Shown: positions 21,616 through 35,589 of the stretch, in pieces | Layout of the letters: the number at the start of each line of letters is the position of its first letter | Position numbering within the stretch: position 1 is the stretch's first letter | Assembly (NCBI GenBank): GCA_964270895.1 | Contig: OZ185446.1 | Source of the DNA: Podarcis filfolensis | Taxonomy: Eukaryota | Strand: one strand, 5' to 3' | DNA: 64,000 nucleotides | Program-made: the position numbers and the translations under genes | Notes under the pieces: model-generated | The model's input: only the letters and a program-made list of their open reading frames with translations | Told to the model about the DNA's origin: nothing | Database searches by the model: none

Positions 21616-21841
21616 CAGTGGTACCTCGGGTTACATACGCTTCAGGTTACAGACTCCGCTAACCCAGAAATATTACCTCGGGTTAAGAACTTTGCTTCAG
21701 GATGAGAACAGAAATTGTGCTCCAGCGGTGCGGCAGCAGCAGGAGGCCCCATTAACTAAAGTGGTGCTTCAGGTTAAGAACAGTTTCAGGTTAAGTATGG
21801 ACCTTCAGAACGAATTAAGTACTTAACCTGAGGTACCACTG
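21616..21841. mobile_element. Tc1/mariner (Tigger-like) MITE
   Basis: TIR CAGTGGTACCTC.GGTTA, TA TSD. Confidence 0.92.
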
Positions 21842-22016
21842 TACTTCAAACAGGTGAATATGGTTTGACAGAGTTGTAGCTAATAGTGAACTGTAAGACA
21901 GGGGTGGGGACGATTTTTCACATCAAGGGCCATAATGGGCCACAGGCGTCACTGTTTCCCCAATCAAGGCAAGACGTGGAGGCGGCAACCATTTTGCATC
22001 CGTCCAACTGATGTGT

Positions 22017-22369
22017 GGGACGTGGGTGGTGCTGTGGGTTAAACCACAGAGCCTAGGACTTGCCGATCAGAAGGTCGGCGGTTAGAATCCCCGTGATGGG
22101 GTGAGCTCCCGTTGCTTGATCCCTGCTCTTGCCAACCTAGCAGTTCGAAAGCACGTCAAAGTGCAAGTAGATAGACAGACACCGCTCCAGTGGGAAGGTA
22201 AACGGCGTTTCCATGCGCTGCTCTGGTTCGCCAGAAGCGGCTTAGTCATGCTGGCCACATGACCCGGAAGCTGTACGCCGGCTCCCTCGGCCAATAAAGC
22301 GAGATGAGCGCCGCAACCCCAGAGTCGGCCACGACTGGACCTAATGGTCAGGGGTCCCTTTACCTTTTT
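22017..22369 (+). mobile_element. Sauria SINE
   Basis: Same family as 7564-7921, 11-bp TSD AACTGATGTGT (22006-22016, 22370-22380). Confidence 0.92.
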
Positions 22370-24417
22370 AACTGATGTGTAACCACCGATGGGCAGGTCC
22401 TTTTTGACTTGGAAGAGGGCAGAATGGGGGCAGAGCAGGCTAATGTGGGTTCTGCAGATGCACACAGGGGCCAGGAACGGAACCCCCGTGCAAAAAATAA
22501 ACCTATATTATTTTTGTGGATCATAAGTAACTACCCTACTGCCAGAAGAGGAAGGGTATGAACCTTTGGTTCCCTGTTTGAGACAGACAGTCATTCTGAC
22601 ACATCAGTAAGTTTTGCAATTATTTCTGGTTCTGGAGGGGAGCATTAAAAAAAATGCGAGTAAGAACAAAAGCAGCAGCAGCAGTATCCTGTAACAGAAG
22701 GAAGTTGTTACCTCTCTCCTTTAGTCTATCTCTTGAGGAAAAGCAAGCCAGTAACTGTGAAATATGGAGAGATAGTTGACCTTGAACCTCTGCTGCTCCA
22801 GGGTAGTGAGTGCATTGAAATAAAGCAGGGAAAGAAACAATGTCACCCCCTGCCCAATATAATTACCCTAACAAAAATCGTTATCTCCCAGAACAAGGGC
22901 AGGGTCTCTGAAGGGGGGGGGGTGTTTCCAAAGGAAACTCTGATCAAGCCAAACACACTTTTCCCACAGAGGGCCTGAGTTTATTTTACAGGGCCCTTGC
23001 CCACCCAGAAGAACAAACAAATCCAAACCAAAATCCCAGGGCTCTCTCTCTCCATCTTCCCCTCAAAGTCAACATGAAAAATATGGGGCCATCTTAAAAC
23101 ACAAACAAGATACCCCTTTGCTTCATTGGCTAAGGATGCTTCAAGTGCCTGATCCCTCTGCAGTCAACCCAGCTTTATCTGGGAAAACAGAGTTCAACTG
23201 CACTTGATTCTCTCTCTCCAGAAACACATTCTCTGCTGGGATTTGACAATGAAACTCTACATATCAGTTCTGGGCCTGCTACTTCATTTTTCCACAGGTG
23301 CTACTGAGGAATGCAAATGACACAGTGTTTAAACAGGGGGTTGAGTTTTGTTAGATATTTGGCAGCAAATTGCAGACATTGTCAAACATAATACAAAATA
23401 GCACAATTAGGTTAATGGTACTGATAAGTACCCAAGACAAATTTCTGCAAGGAAAATGATGTGCTCTGGATATTATAAAACAGAGCCACAGACTACAGTG
23501 CCAGTTACATGATCATGAGACTGGGGTGCGGGTTACAAACCTCTAATAACGAACTGGAACAACTTGGTTTCAGCAGCATTTTACTGCTACTAAAGCACAT
23601 GCTAGATCTTCCTAGACACATGACTCCTGCATAATAGTACATTTGTGTGCATTTGTAACCTTCAGTAATATGCCTTCTCTCCTGCAGTCCAAGAATTTCT
23701 AGCCATCTCCAACTGTTCTTTTTGGAGAAAATAACTGCAAGCCAAGAGCAGCTGAGACTATTAGCATAACACATGCTTCTAATAGTTATTTTGTATTTGC
23801 CAGAGTACAGCAACACTGATTTTTTTAAAAAATCTGCAAGTTACCATCTCACCTTTTCAAACAGTTCTGGCCTTTTGAAAAAATACTATTTGTAGTACAG
23901 TCCCTGGTCAACGAAAGGCTCCTTTTAATAGCACTTATTTCTACAGAATAGCTGCACAGATCGGCAAGGTTTTGCATTTGAGAAGATGCACATTTCTGCC
24001 TCTTCTGGTGGACTAAAGCAAGGACTGAGGAGAGGTTAATAGTGAATCAGGTTGCATTATAGCAATAGATGTCTGAATATTTTTGCTAGGGCAAAGTAGC
24101 CCATTTATTGAAAGGAAAAACAAGAAGATTGTTTACTCCCAAATTCATTAGAATATGCCTGAAGTGTGTGCGTTTTAAAATAAAAATTCTGTGCAACATC
24201 AGTGACACTTGGACCAAGGAATTTACGTGAAGAGCTCCATGCATGTGACGCTGCCTCTAACACTGAAGTGAACAGAGAAGCCTTGAAACACAGGAACATC
24301 AGGTGGAAGTGGGAGGAGATGAGAATATCAATGGGCACAATGTATCACTCTGAAGGCCACACAACACCTTTCCTTAACATTCTGAAAAACAGGGTAGCCT
24401 TAAGTATGACTTAAGTA

Positions 24418-24639
24418 CAGTGGTACCTCGGGTTACATACGCTTCAGGTTACAGATTCCGCTAACCCAGAAATAGTACCTCGGGTTAAGAACTTTGCTTC
24501 AGGATGACAATAGAAATCGTGGTCCGGCAGCACAGCAGCAGGAGGCCCCGTTAGCTAAAGTGGTGCTTCAGGTTAAGAACAGTTCAGGTTAAGAACGGAC
24601 CTCTGGAACGAATTAAGTACTTAACCCAAGGTACCACTG
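24418..24639. mobile_element. Tc1/mariner (Tigger-like) MITE
   Basis: Same family as 21616-21841, TA TSD. Confidence 0.92.
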
Positions 24640-25810
24640 TATAATATACCATTACTCAATAGCCATAGAGTTACTCTATGACATTAAAAAATAACGAATA
24701 AATGTGACCAAATTGGGTAGGCAAGGAGGCAAAAATCACTAGTTCACTATTTGGGTAGATTTTTATTAAGCCCTGCTAGAGAATAAATAATGGACTATAC
24801 TACTTGAATAACAGATGTTTTCATGCATGTAACACATACAATAGTGCTGGCTTATGTTTTTTGTTAGGACATGTTGAGAAGAGGTATTTGGCAATAATAA
24901 CATGAACAGTTTCAAAAATCGCAGCACAAATTCTCTCTGCTGTTAAGGCTTTTTTATATTTCTTTTATACAATATCAAATATTATTATTATTATTATTCT
25001 ATTCTTCTTAAATCTTGCTTTGACTTTCAGTGTGCCAAATATGTAAATTCTGGGAACAATACAACTGCCAATAAATAGCATTAATCATTTATAATTAGCC
25101 ATTTTAAAAACAAAAAATACCCCACATCATTTTTTTTGCTGTTTGTGCAATGCCATGTAGATGAGTCTTAAGATTTCTAGAAGAGAGCAGCAGAAATTTA
25201 ACTCATCTATACATATTCAGTGCAAATGCCAATCTAGTCCCAAAGTTGTGATACTGCAGTGTATGCCAAAACCCACCCAACAGCTGCCTTGAATAAGCCC
25301 TGAGAACTGGGTAAAAGCTACCATGCTCTTGCACAGCTCTCATCCATCCTTTTAAGTGGGGTGCATGTATGGAAATTTCCCGATGGGTTGTGCCCTAAGG
25401 CAGAATGATCCAAATAAAACATATGGCCAAACAAATGTGTAAACGGGTGAATACTATGATGATGTTTAAGACCAATTTCATCTAATATGCAGATACTGCA
25501 CTACTATACCATTTCCCAGGTTATTTTTGGGCTGAACAAGGAGGCTTCTGGGTGAGAACTCACAATAACTGTACTACAATGGCCAAAGAGGAACTAGTTG
25601 GTATAATAGAAATCAATCCAATTGTTAAAAAAATTAAATAGTCTAATCAACACTGAAAAGTGTTTATTTACAGTTTCTCGGTGACACCAGTGTATAGCCA
25701 CGCAATCAAAAGTATAGTTTGCTTGTGTGTTTTTTTAAATAAAGGCAGCTGCCTACCCAACCCTCATTCAAAATGTTGGATATTTATAAGTACATGGTCT
25801 TTTCTTAGCA

Positions 25811-25960
25811 TCAATTTAACGAAGGGGATCGATCTGTGGTCCAGAGTAGTTCTATGTATGGCCATTTAGTCTGCAAACAGCGCTTGACTGGAGTATCATC
25901 AGTTTGTAACATTGGGTCTTCAAAGCCCATAATCACTGCTGTGCCTTCGACGTACATGAC
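25811..25960 (-). CDS. MINDY3: MINDY3 exon 15 (last coding exon)
   Basis: VMYVEGTAVIMGFEDPMLQTDDTPVKRCLQTKWPYIELLWTTDRSPSLN*, with TTTTCACAG acceptor. Confidence 0.96.
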   Translation of the reverse strand, partial: VMYVEGTAVIMGFEDPMLQTDDTPVKRCLQTKWPYIELLWTTDRSPSLN

Positions 25961-27039
25961 CTGTGAAAATGTAATTATCTTATTTAATCTCCTGTTCCAA
26001 AGAAATACCATGTTATTTTAAAGACCAAAACCAAGCCATTCTATTTTTAAAAGATCACTTCGAGAGCAAAGGTTCAAATCAATTTAAATCTTCTGCACCT
26101 TATTAAGAAGATGAAATGAAACACTCATAGAACTCTTATGTTTTTGTGCCGTACTACACGTTCACTATTAACCAGAAGCATACATGAAGAAAGGATATAA
26201 GAGGGACTCTAGAACCAGCTTGGTCTTTAGTTTGTTAGTCTCTTCTGGGGGGACGGAACATGGGGCCTTGAGGACAGGCTGTAGGGAAGGAAGAGACACC
26301 TAAACTCTTAGCCCTTGCGTCTGACTGAGCTTGCTCTGCTGCCAACATGCAGAGGCAGCATGTGGAATTCTCCACCTCCATTAATTTTGGAACGAGCAGG
26401 TGGGGAGTCTTTAAAAAAAACAAAACCAACACAGTTGTGCACATCTCAGGGATCCACCTAAATCTGCAGAAATCTCCCTGGGCCTGTTTTTTCACTCAGT
26501 GCGCCCACACAGGGAACACTACATAGTTTACAATATAAGATGGGGTGGGAACCATATCTCTAGGCACCTAAACTGAAATGGGAGAGAAAACCCTACAGCG
26601 ATGGGCACAAAACAGATTATTCCATAAAATAAAAGCTAGTTCCGTAATAATTTATGTTTTAAATAAAGCAAAGCTGGAAAATTGTTTTAGTGATTAGTGC
26701 AACAACTGCCTAGTACTCTCCCCCAACTCTTTTCTTGACATTTTGAAGCACAGTTATTAAAAATTTCATGATAATTCTAAATTCGCTTATTTGGTGGAGA
26801 GAACTGGTGACAAAACGCTGACATTTCCAAATGCCTCCGTAATCATTTGCATTTCCGTAGTTTTCTATTTGTTCTTTTTTTTCTAAGAACATGTGTCACC
26901 AGCCAAATGGTAAGTGGTGGTTTTATCACACTGTGGACTGTCCACTTAGAAATAGGCTGAACCCAACTTATTTCCATGGGATATCTGCTATAACATGCAG
27001 CTGCCTAATTAGGTGTATGAGATGTCACTGCTGCCATAC

Positions 27040-27111
27040 CTTTTCATTGTAATTAGATTGCTTCAATCCATTGTAGTGGTATACAGTGAATGATTCTTGA
27101 ACCTTGGACTC
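27040..27111 (-). CDS. MINDY3: MINDY3 exon 14
   Basis: ESKVQESFTVYHYNGLKQSNYNEK, 72 nt, AG/GT flanks. Confidence 0.95.
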
Positions 27112-27446
27112 CTAAGAGAACACACAAGACAGTTACTTTCAAGTCATAGGTTAATATCATTGAAGGTATTTGTTCCCTTTCTCCACTTTGAATGAAACAA
27201 GAAACTATAGTTAATGGGAGAGTTCCTGGTTTCTTTGCTGGCTTATGAAGGGAGGACTGAAGCAGCTGCATGAAGAGGCTGCATGCATGGATATATGGAT
27301 CATTCCTAGCTTTACTTATTAAGCCAAGATACGATCATCCAAATGCAGCCATAATGTATATTAACTACAGAAAGGTGAATGCATCACTGACCCCCATTTG
27401 TTTAAAAATGCCCTATTGCAAGAATAGAAAGAAGGGGTTACATTAC

Positions 27447-27534
27447 CTGTTCAGGGAAAAATTCTTGAAGAAAGGGACCTAGTAATATGATTCCTAGTCC
27501 TTCTGGATCTAATTTCGTTTTCATGAGATTTACA
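27447..27534 (-). CDS. MINDY3: MINDY3 exon 13
   Basis: (Y)VNLMKTKLDPEGLGIILLGPFLQEFFPEQ, 88 nt. Confidence 0.95.
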
Positions 27535-28385
27535 CTAAGATAAGATGAACAACACAAAAATATCAGTGTGGTGCATTCATATTCTGGCATGACTAAGCTC
27601 TATGGTTCTACAACACTTTTAAATGCCAAAAACAATCAGGCTGTTGTATTTAGAATCCTAATAGCAATTGCAAAAGAATGGCATCTGGTTGCCAAATAAA
27701 AGAGTTATTTTTAAACCAAAGTAATCTTATTTAAAATCAATGTAGCAACAACAATTGACACACTACGCCTTATTAGGTAAAGCTTTCAGAAAAAGTACAC
27801 TGTCTTAATTCCTTGGATTTTGTAGCAGCAGAAGAGAGTGAAGATAAGTCTTGAGCATTAACACACACATCGTCTTTCTAACTGTCCTGAGAAGACCCAC
27901 CCTTGTTTTATCTATTTGACAGGCCACGATGAACAGAATTCAGCATGTAGAGATGGGGGATTTGTAGCCCTCTAGATGTTGCTAGACTACAGCTCCTGTC
28001 ATCACTAACAACTGACCATTATGGCTGAGGCCAGTGAGAGCCCAACAGCACAGAGGGCTGCAAGTTCCCCATCCCTGCACTAAAATAGACTGAGGAACGA
28101 ACGCTGTATTCACATAGTACATTTTACATTTATCTTTGATACAATGTTACATTCATGCTGAGAAGGAAATAACCAAGCATTTCTCCATTCATGTGAATGA
28201 AAATCTCTCTCTCTAAAACTAGTCTTGAATTTGTATGTAAGCACCTTGCTCCTTACAAGTACAGCTGATACGTATTGAATTAGTTGTGTGCGCTGTAGCA
28301 AAAAACAACAACCATTTAGGTGGAATTTCATCCTGGCAAAGGTTTTCTAAACAGTGTTCTAAAACAGCTGCCAATTTGCGCTTAC

Positions 28386-28458
28386 TATTCAGGATCTGAT
28401 ACAAGGTCCAAAGCCTTCATTACATCTTCTAGAAGACTGTCTGGTATAAAACCATTAT
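28386..28458 (-). CDS. MINDY3: MINDY3 exon 12
   Basis: (D)NGFIPDSLLEDVMKALDLVSDPE, 73 nt. Confidence 0.95.
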
Positions 28459-29098
28459 CTGAAAAAATAAGGAAATGTCATTAGCATGAACTAGCAGGTG
28501 TCCAAGAATTAAAAATATTTATATGGGCTGATTAATACTGCCTCTTCTGAAATGGGAAGTAATGTGCATCTCTCTAAATATAGATATGAAAAAGCAGACT
28601 TTGAAAATGCAATTTCTAATGATTTTCAGGGCATTGTAACTTGCAGTTGCAATTTTAACCAAGCATAGCAATGCATTTACTTTTAGAATGAGAGAACTGC
28701 ATTCCTGCAAGAGAGCATATCAAACAATGCAAAGTTTCATTTAATGAGCCAAGCTATACCAGTGCCAAACACCATAAGAAATGAGAAAGCGTGAATATAA
28801 CTCATGCAATTTATATTCTCTGTGGAGTAAAAGGGATAACTGATAGTATCTGAATGCTTTTAAAGCATTATTTTTACTGTCATTTCAAAACATATTGTGA
28901 ACTTGTCAGAGAGTGCTTTTTTCTATCATCATGTCACAATGCATACTCTTCTATTGGTCACTAAGAGCAAGAATTTCTCTATTTTATGCCTACTTTAAAT
29001 CATCCGATGGTCCTAATTTGGCACCTTAACATTTAAGAGTGAACTCATTTGCATTTGGTTACAAGTAAGCATACATAGGATCATACTACATATCTTAC

Positions 29099-29171
29099 CT
29101 TCAGGGTCATACGTTTGAAAGACTCGTCTGGCTTGTTCTGAGGGAGCTTCAGGAGCAACGAGAGCTAAATC
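29099..29171 (-). CDS. MINDY3: MINDY3 exon 11
   Basis: DLALVAPEAPSEQARRVFQTYDPE, 73 nt. Confidence 0.95.
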
Positions 29172-29685
29172 CTTAAGAGAGAATTCCACAAGATTAAATA
29201 CATCACTGGAAAAATGATGAAAAGCAGTAAACACAAACAATGAAATGCAGAATGTCATCTTCATAAATGAAACATCTAGGAAAGTGAGGCATATGTTTGT
29301 TTGTTTGTTTGTTTGTTTGTTTGTTTTAGTACTAATAGAAATTGGTAATTAATAATCAACCCTAGTGAACAGTAGGACCAAGCCATAGTAGTAGTAAAAG
29401 ATGTTGCAGTAAGTGAAAGGCCAAAATGGTTCACTTCAGACACAACAGCAAACAATAGTTAAGAAAGCTCTATTACAGTTTTAAATCATGTCCTAGTTGA
29501 TAAATATAGTGACAAACAAAAATCACAAATCATAATTTGAAATAACTTTGCAGAAACATTGCTTGGCACAGTATCAATCGACCAACCATAATTGTGGCTG
29601 TTTCTCTACCATCAGGGCTGAATGCATGTACAGACTAGTGTGCTGAGTGGATAAGCAGTTCTAAAGCATGGCTTGCCATCTAGAT

Positions 29686-29751
29686 CAGGGGTCAGCAAAC
29701 TTTCAGCAGGGGGCCAGTCCACTGTCCCTCAGACCTTGTGGGGGGCCGGAC

Positions 29752-29803
<52 letters not shown>

Positions 29804-30033
29804 CGAATTCCTATGCCCCACAAATAACTCAGAGATGCATTTTAAATAAAAGCACACATTCTACTCATGTAGAAACACCAGGCAGGCCCCACAAATAACC
29901 CAGAGATGCATTTTAAATAAAAGGACACATTCTACTCATGTAAAAACACGCTGATTCCCGGACTGTCCGCGGGCCAGATTTAGAAGGCGATTGGGCCGCA
30001 TCCAGCCCCCGGGCCTTAGTTTGCCTACCCATG
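29686..30033. mobile_element. hAT (Charlie-like) MITE containing (CTAT)12 and an internal 71-bp-period duplication
   Basis: Imperfect TIR CAGGGGTCAGCAAACT / AGTTTGCCTACCCATG, perfect 8-bp TSD ATCTAGAT. Confidence 0.9.
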
Positions 30034-31360
30034 ATCTAGATTGTTATTAGTGCAAACTATGGTGTGACACTGAGTTACTGTATGTTTTCAGCACCAGAAA
30101 CAGTGCATAAAGGGACTTCCTGGATTATACAAAACAATAAAGAAAGCAATGATTACATATATCACAAAGCAGTGCACACACCCACACATAAACAGTACTG
30201 CTATTTCAATTTTAGGCCTAGGGTCACTCAAATTAGAGTGCTTTGGATTTTTTTCAATCAAACAGTTCTCATGAGTTGAATGGTTAGCTGCTCCTTTTCT
30301 CCCAATTCCTTCCCCTTCCCCCTCCTTTTCTCTATTCCCACTGCCAAATTTCAGTAGTTGCTATAAGCATTACGATGGGCAAAGAGGGAAAGTATAATTA
30401 TTTCTTCCCAATCCTAAACTGATAATTGAGATAGAGAAAGAAGCAGCAAAGGTCTGGGGATGGTAGCTACTCCAAGAAAACACTGGGGCAGGTCTAGGAA
30501 AGAAGTAGACCTGGCAGTGATCCTTGCTCTGTCAAAAGCAACAGCCTCAGTGATTTATGGGGTAAGCGGGTAGCTCAACAAAAAGGCTCTACCACACTTC
30601 CTTGTCTTATTATGGAGGCTGTTGCTGCAGATACAAGTGGAGCAGGCTGCTTCTGCAATCCTGTCTTATGCATGCTTAGTCTGCACCAAACCTGCTCCAC
30701 ACCCCAATCAAAAAGTACAGCTTTAGTTTTTGCAACATTTGTATTTTGTAAAAAGCAAGCAATTCATTCACTTTGGGCAGCAACACTTATTTAAAAAACA
30801 AAATATCCCAAAAATGAACTTCATCTGCCAAGCATTTACAACTTCTGCCAAACACAAGCACCCAGACCTTGCAAAACTGTTGTCTAACAACATCCCAACC
30901 CCCAAATCTTCCATAGAAGGAAATCCTGTCAGTAGTTTACCAAGCATTGTTCAAGTACACCATGTCCTAAAGGCAAAGAGGTTCATGTTTTACCCTTTGG
31001 ACTTTGTAATATTCCTGCCCAAAACCATTTTGGTGTATTTTTAAATGCTATTCTGATAACACAAATTTATTTGAGAATCTCATGTTTACCCTTGGAGGCA
31101 AACACACACCGTTAGTACACTGTGAAAAAATCTCAGCCGCTTTTGTTCTCAAAAATCAAAAACAGCACATACAATCTCTGTAATAACTGCAGAGCTGATA
31201 AACATCATTTAAAAAAATACATCACTTTTTTTTTAAACTTTCTAAATACCATGGCTCTAAAAACAGTACATAGCTGTGGACAGACACTGTCATTAAACTA
31301 GCTAAAAGACAAGACATATTGAGCTTAAATACCCTAAGAAGGAACAATATGGGCATAGCA

Positions 31361-31724
31361 CAGAGGTTTTTAACCTTTTGGGGTTCACCTCTCCCTTGAC
31401 CAACTACATTCTTTCTGTGGCACACTGTGGGGCTCAGCAGCCCAGTTATGCTACCCCTTGCCTGCAGAGCAGCCTCTCACACTTTTTCAAATAGCCTCCT
31501 CTCCTTGGGAGTCCTCCAGGCAGCAGCTGCTGCCCGCCCCAAAGAGAGGTGCATTCACCTTATAGCCAGTGCTGCTGCAACAAACGGCTGTGCAAGCCTT
31601 TGGGAAGCAGAGACATGAGAGGGCATCAGAGGAAAGAGGGACAGAGGCCAGTGTTGCCTGCAGCACCCCTGACCATCATTCAAGGCACCCCAGGGTGCCA
31701 CAGCACACTGGTTGTAAACCACTG
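31361..31724. mobile_element. Older hAT MITE
   Basis: CAGAGGTTTTTAACC / GGTTGTAAACCACTG ends, degenerate TSD (5/8). Confidence 0.6.
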
Positions 31725-31870
31725 GACTACCAGACTGCTTAAAATTCTTAAGATCCAGAACCATTTAGGACCAATGTCTGTCAGCTGCTCACTCTACCCT
31801 CACCACAGAGTCTTCCACCTACATCCTAAATTTGAATTAGGCAGGGATGGTAGAACAATTGTGACAGCAA

Positions 31871-31997
31871 CATAGAATCATAGAATTGCAGAGCTGGAAG
31901 GAACCATGAGGGTCATCTAGTCCAACCCCTTTTGCCCAGTGTGGGGCTCATACCTACAACCCTGAAATTAAGAGTCTCATGCTCTACCGACTGAGCT
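31871..31997 (-). mobile_element. tRNA-Lys-derived SINE with CR1 tail
   Basis: Reverse complement reads AGCTCAGTCGGTAGAGCATGAGACTCTTAATTTCAGGG...TCTATGATTCTATG. Confidence 0.8.
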
Positions 31998-34704
31998 GTA
32001 CAGAGGTACAAGATACTGCACAAGTTGTAAGACTTTCCAAATCCAGCAGAGCTAATGCTATACCAGAGTCATCATGAGGCTGAAAAATTATATTTAAATT
32101 ACAGCTTGCCTTCCAATAAAACTTAAGGCATGAAGATCACATCCACTGATTTTGCTTTAAGCAGGTCCTATTCCCAACAGGCAGGCTCCTAAACCATTTG
32201 ACGCAATTTTAAAGCAGCAAATATTTTCGCAAATTATAGCATGTTTTCATTTTGTAAGAATTACTATTTCTTGTTTACTGGATTTTTTGGAGGACACAGC
32301 AACACAGCATTAATTTTATTATCAATTTGCTAAGTTCTTATTCTTCTTCTGTTGGCTTAAAGTAGGTTACAAATTTAAAACAACAATAACATGTAAAGAT
32401 ATTATGTCAGTAAATGCATACTTTTGCATTATAAAAGTTACCTCGTAACAGTATTTAACAATTACATTATGCTACACTCAAGGCACAGTAGCTCAAATTG
32501 GTTATACATGTATAATATATACTTCTTCAAATACACTAGTGACTTAAGACATCTTGACTATTAATTTAAAACTCATGCATTTATTTATGGGCTTAGCTCA
32601 TGGTCATAAGATATCAGTGTTAGTGGTTTGCTAGATTGTCCTTGATTCAGCAAAGGTGAGACGTGTGAGGGTCATCATTCTTAACTGGGACTTATGCATG
32701 AAAAAGGATGCTGGATACATTCTGGGCAATATCCAAGTTGCTCAATCCCATAGTAGACCATGGAAATTAATATTACTTAAGTCCATTGATTTCATTGGAT
32801 TGGACTCTGTTTACACCAAGTTTCAGAACAAAATCAAGGTATTTTTATTTGAAAGTATTTTGCCTGATGTGTAAACAGGGCTTCCAAAATTCATGACTTC
32901 CTCCTCCCAAAGTAGCACTGATCTAATCTAGTGCTAAAAAACAAGAGAAAGATTCAACAATTCTGGATGTATTGGTGGGTCTTGGCAGTAAGATTTAAAG
33001 AGTCTTTAGAATGGTCTTACACATCCTTCTTGTCAGGAACTGCTGTCTTAAGGAAAAATCAAAAGCATTCATATGTGTCTATACAAAGATCTTCATCTCC
33101 ACACAAAGGAGACAATTAAGAGATTGCAAAACAAGCTTATCACAGCTTCAAAGAGGAGTATGAAATGGATTTGCAAGGGTATTAATTGCACTTGTAAAGA
33201 ATGAAACTGAATGCTGTATCCAAGGTTATATGCAGTGTAGGTGGGCAGGCAGCAGCTGTCACATGCATTACTGTTTGTGCAATAATCAAACAGCTAACAG
33301 AAGACAAACTGATTTTAGTAAAGCTTTGTCATCCATGTAATTGTATCAGTGCCGACATTACTATTAGACGTATGTTAAGGTATTTAAACCTCAGCTGGAA
33401 AGCACGCAGCAGGCAACACAAATCCAAATTAAAGTCCAAAGACTAATGCTTCATTCACACTCAGGAGTACGGTGGGATCTGAACAGCTTTGTCAAGTATT
33501 TGCTACCAGTTGCTGCATCTTGTGCTGCATTAGAGGCTATACTGGACACCAACCAAGTTAATTTTTGAGATGGGTGGCAGAGCTACAGTGTGCACATGAA
33601 AAGAACACATAGTTCTTTGGATCCTAACCATATATACAGTAATGAATCTACAGAGACCAGAGAAGGACACAACCACCTCCATTTTCAAGTGGTAGAGTCT
33701 CAAAAAAAGAGTGTGTATCACAAGCCTTTTCTCTTTCTATAGATTGACCCTTATTTAAATAAGCTAAAAAATACAGGCTGGTCATAGATATGAAGTGGTA
33801 TTCAGTAATTAGTTAATATACAATGCATTGCAATGTAATTCAAGAACTATGGGATATATGCCTAAACACCACAAATAAAACCCATTTTAGAACTGTGCTT
33901 TTGTTGGTTTTTTTTGCTCTTCAGTTAAAATGCTTCCAGGCACTGAATTATGTTAAAATAGAATGTGCCAATTTGTGTGTTTTTTTTTCCTGGGAGTGCC
34001 TTATGTCTCTTCTATGAAGTTGCATTTCTTACAAAAGAGAATTGGATTCTGCATAACTGATTTCAGCACATTTTTTTTTGCTAACTAACCTTGTCAGCAT
34101 AGACTTTAAATATGGTAGTCCGAAAGATCACTGTTCATGGCTGAACGTAGACCATTAAAAGGTAATTGTATATACCTCTAGGTGGTAGAACAAATTATTT
34201 CCTTTAGGGTAGGGGAGGGGTCTATCAGCTTTTCTTCAAGATTTTAGCAGCAAAGTGTAAAATCACAGAAAAATGTTTTTTATGTTATGTAGGTATAGAA
34301 CACTAAAGTGCTGAAATACAAATATTCAAAAAGTATGAGAAATCATGTTTTATAACTAAAGATATACTAATCTTTCTTCATATTACAGTCTCTTTAAAAT
34401 TACAGGGTCAAGCAATGTAATCATTATCATCAAACACTGAAGTTAACCATTAGAATGTTTCTGTGCTGCCTTTGTTTTACCTCCAATTTTAACATGATAT
34501 TACAGATTACTGCAACAAAGTACTATGAGCCAATAACAATGTACTTAGATCTTATTTAGTGTTGTCTGAAAACAACATGCCCATTATCAGCTTTGACTAA
34601 AAAATGTGCAACATCTCCAGTGCTAAAAAAATAATTAAAGTTTCTCTGGTCCTCTTGCAAGTTTGGGAGCACTCTGAGACAAGCGCACACACATCCTTCT
34701 TAGT

Positions 34705-34840
34705 CAGGCATAGGCAAACTCAGGCCCTCCAGAAGTTTGGGACTACAATTCCCATCATCCCTGAACACTGGTCCTGTTAGCTAGGGATGATGGGAATTGT
34801 AGTCCCAAACATCTGGAGGGTCGGAGTTTGCCTATGTCTG
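34705..34840. mobile_element. 136-bp palindromic hAT MITE
   Basis: Same family as 16831-16966, perfect TSD TTCTTAGT. Confidence 0.92.
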
Positions 34841-35508
34841 TTCTTAGTATTAATAAATATTCCAACTATTATCTTGAATTCCCTAGCTTCCACCTCCCCA
34901 AATACCCCTGTTCTTGGATGCTTTCCTACATAGTCATTTTTGAAAAATCCACACAGATCCTGCAGTTTCACACTTATCCAGAAGTTAGCTGTAACACAGA
35001 ATTCATGCTGAATAACTCATCTAAGTCCAGAAAGCAGGAGGAAAATGTCATCCTTTCCATTCACCAAAGATCAGTGGAATGCAGCTGCAGCACACCCCAT
35101 CCCTTGTTTTGATGAAGTTTCAGGATCAGTCAGAGAAAAATGTATTACTTCCACACTTGGTAAGACATAGATTGCAATGCTCAATACATAGCTTTGCACA
35201 AATAGCCATGTATGGTAATAGTTTTAGCCAAGCAGAAGGGTCTTTGGGACTTGATTTCTAACTACTCAGAAAAACTCAAGAAGATCCTGAAGATGAGTTG
35301 TTTTCAACCATAATACTGACTGAGTAGTTTGCTTAAGACAATCTCAGAAATCCAGTATGTTTTCATGTAACAGGTATGCCAATAAATTATTTTAAACCTT
35401 CGGTGCTGTGTAAGAAGAGTATACTGTAGAAAATATTTGAACTGTAGACTTAAAATAAGATGTATTTGACCTAGGGTGATGAAATGAAACAAAAGAAAGG
35501 AATCCTAC

Positions 35509-35589
35509 CTTGGCAAAAAAGACTGTGAGATGAGTTTCACTGCCAAGTATCCAAATAGGGAATTTTGGGGACTTCAAATAGGAGCCAAC
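35509..35589 (-). CDS. MINDY3: MINDY3 exon 10 (catalytic His motif)
   Basis: VGSYLKSPKFPIWILGSETHLTVFFAK, 81 nt. Confidence 0.96.

Noticed and set aside
29012-29021. CArG box CCTAATTTGG as an SRF enhancer for ITGA8
   Set aside because: A few such 10-mers are expected by chance in 64 kb of AT-rich DNA, and there is no supporting context.
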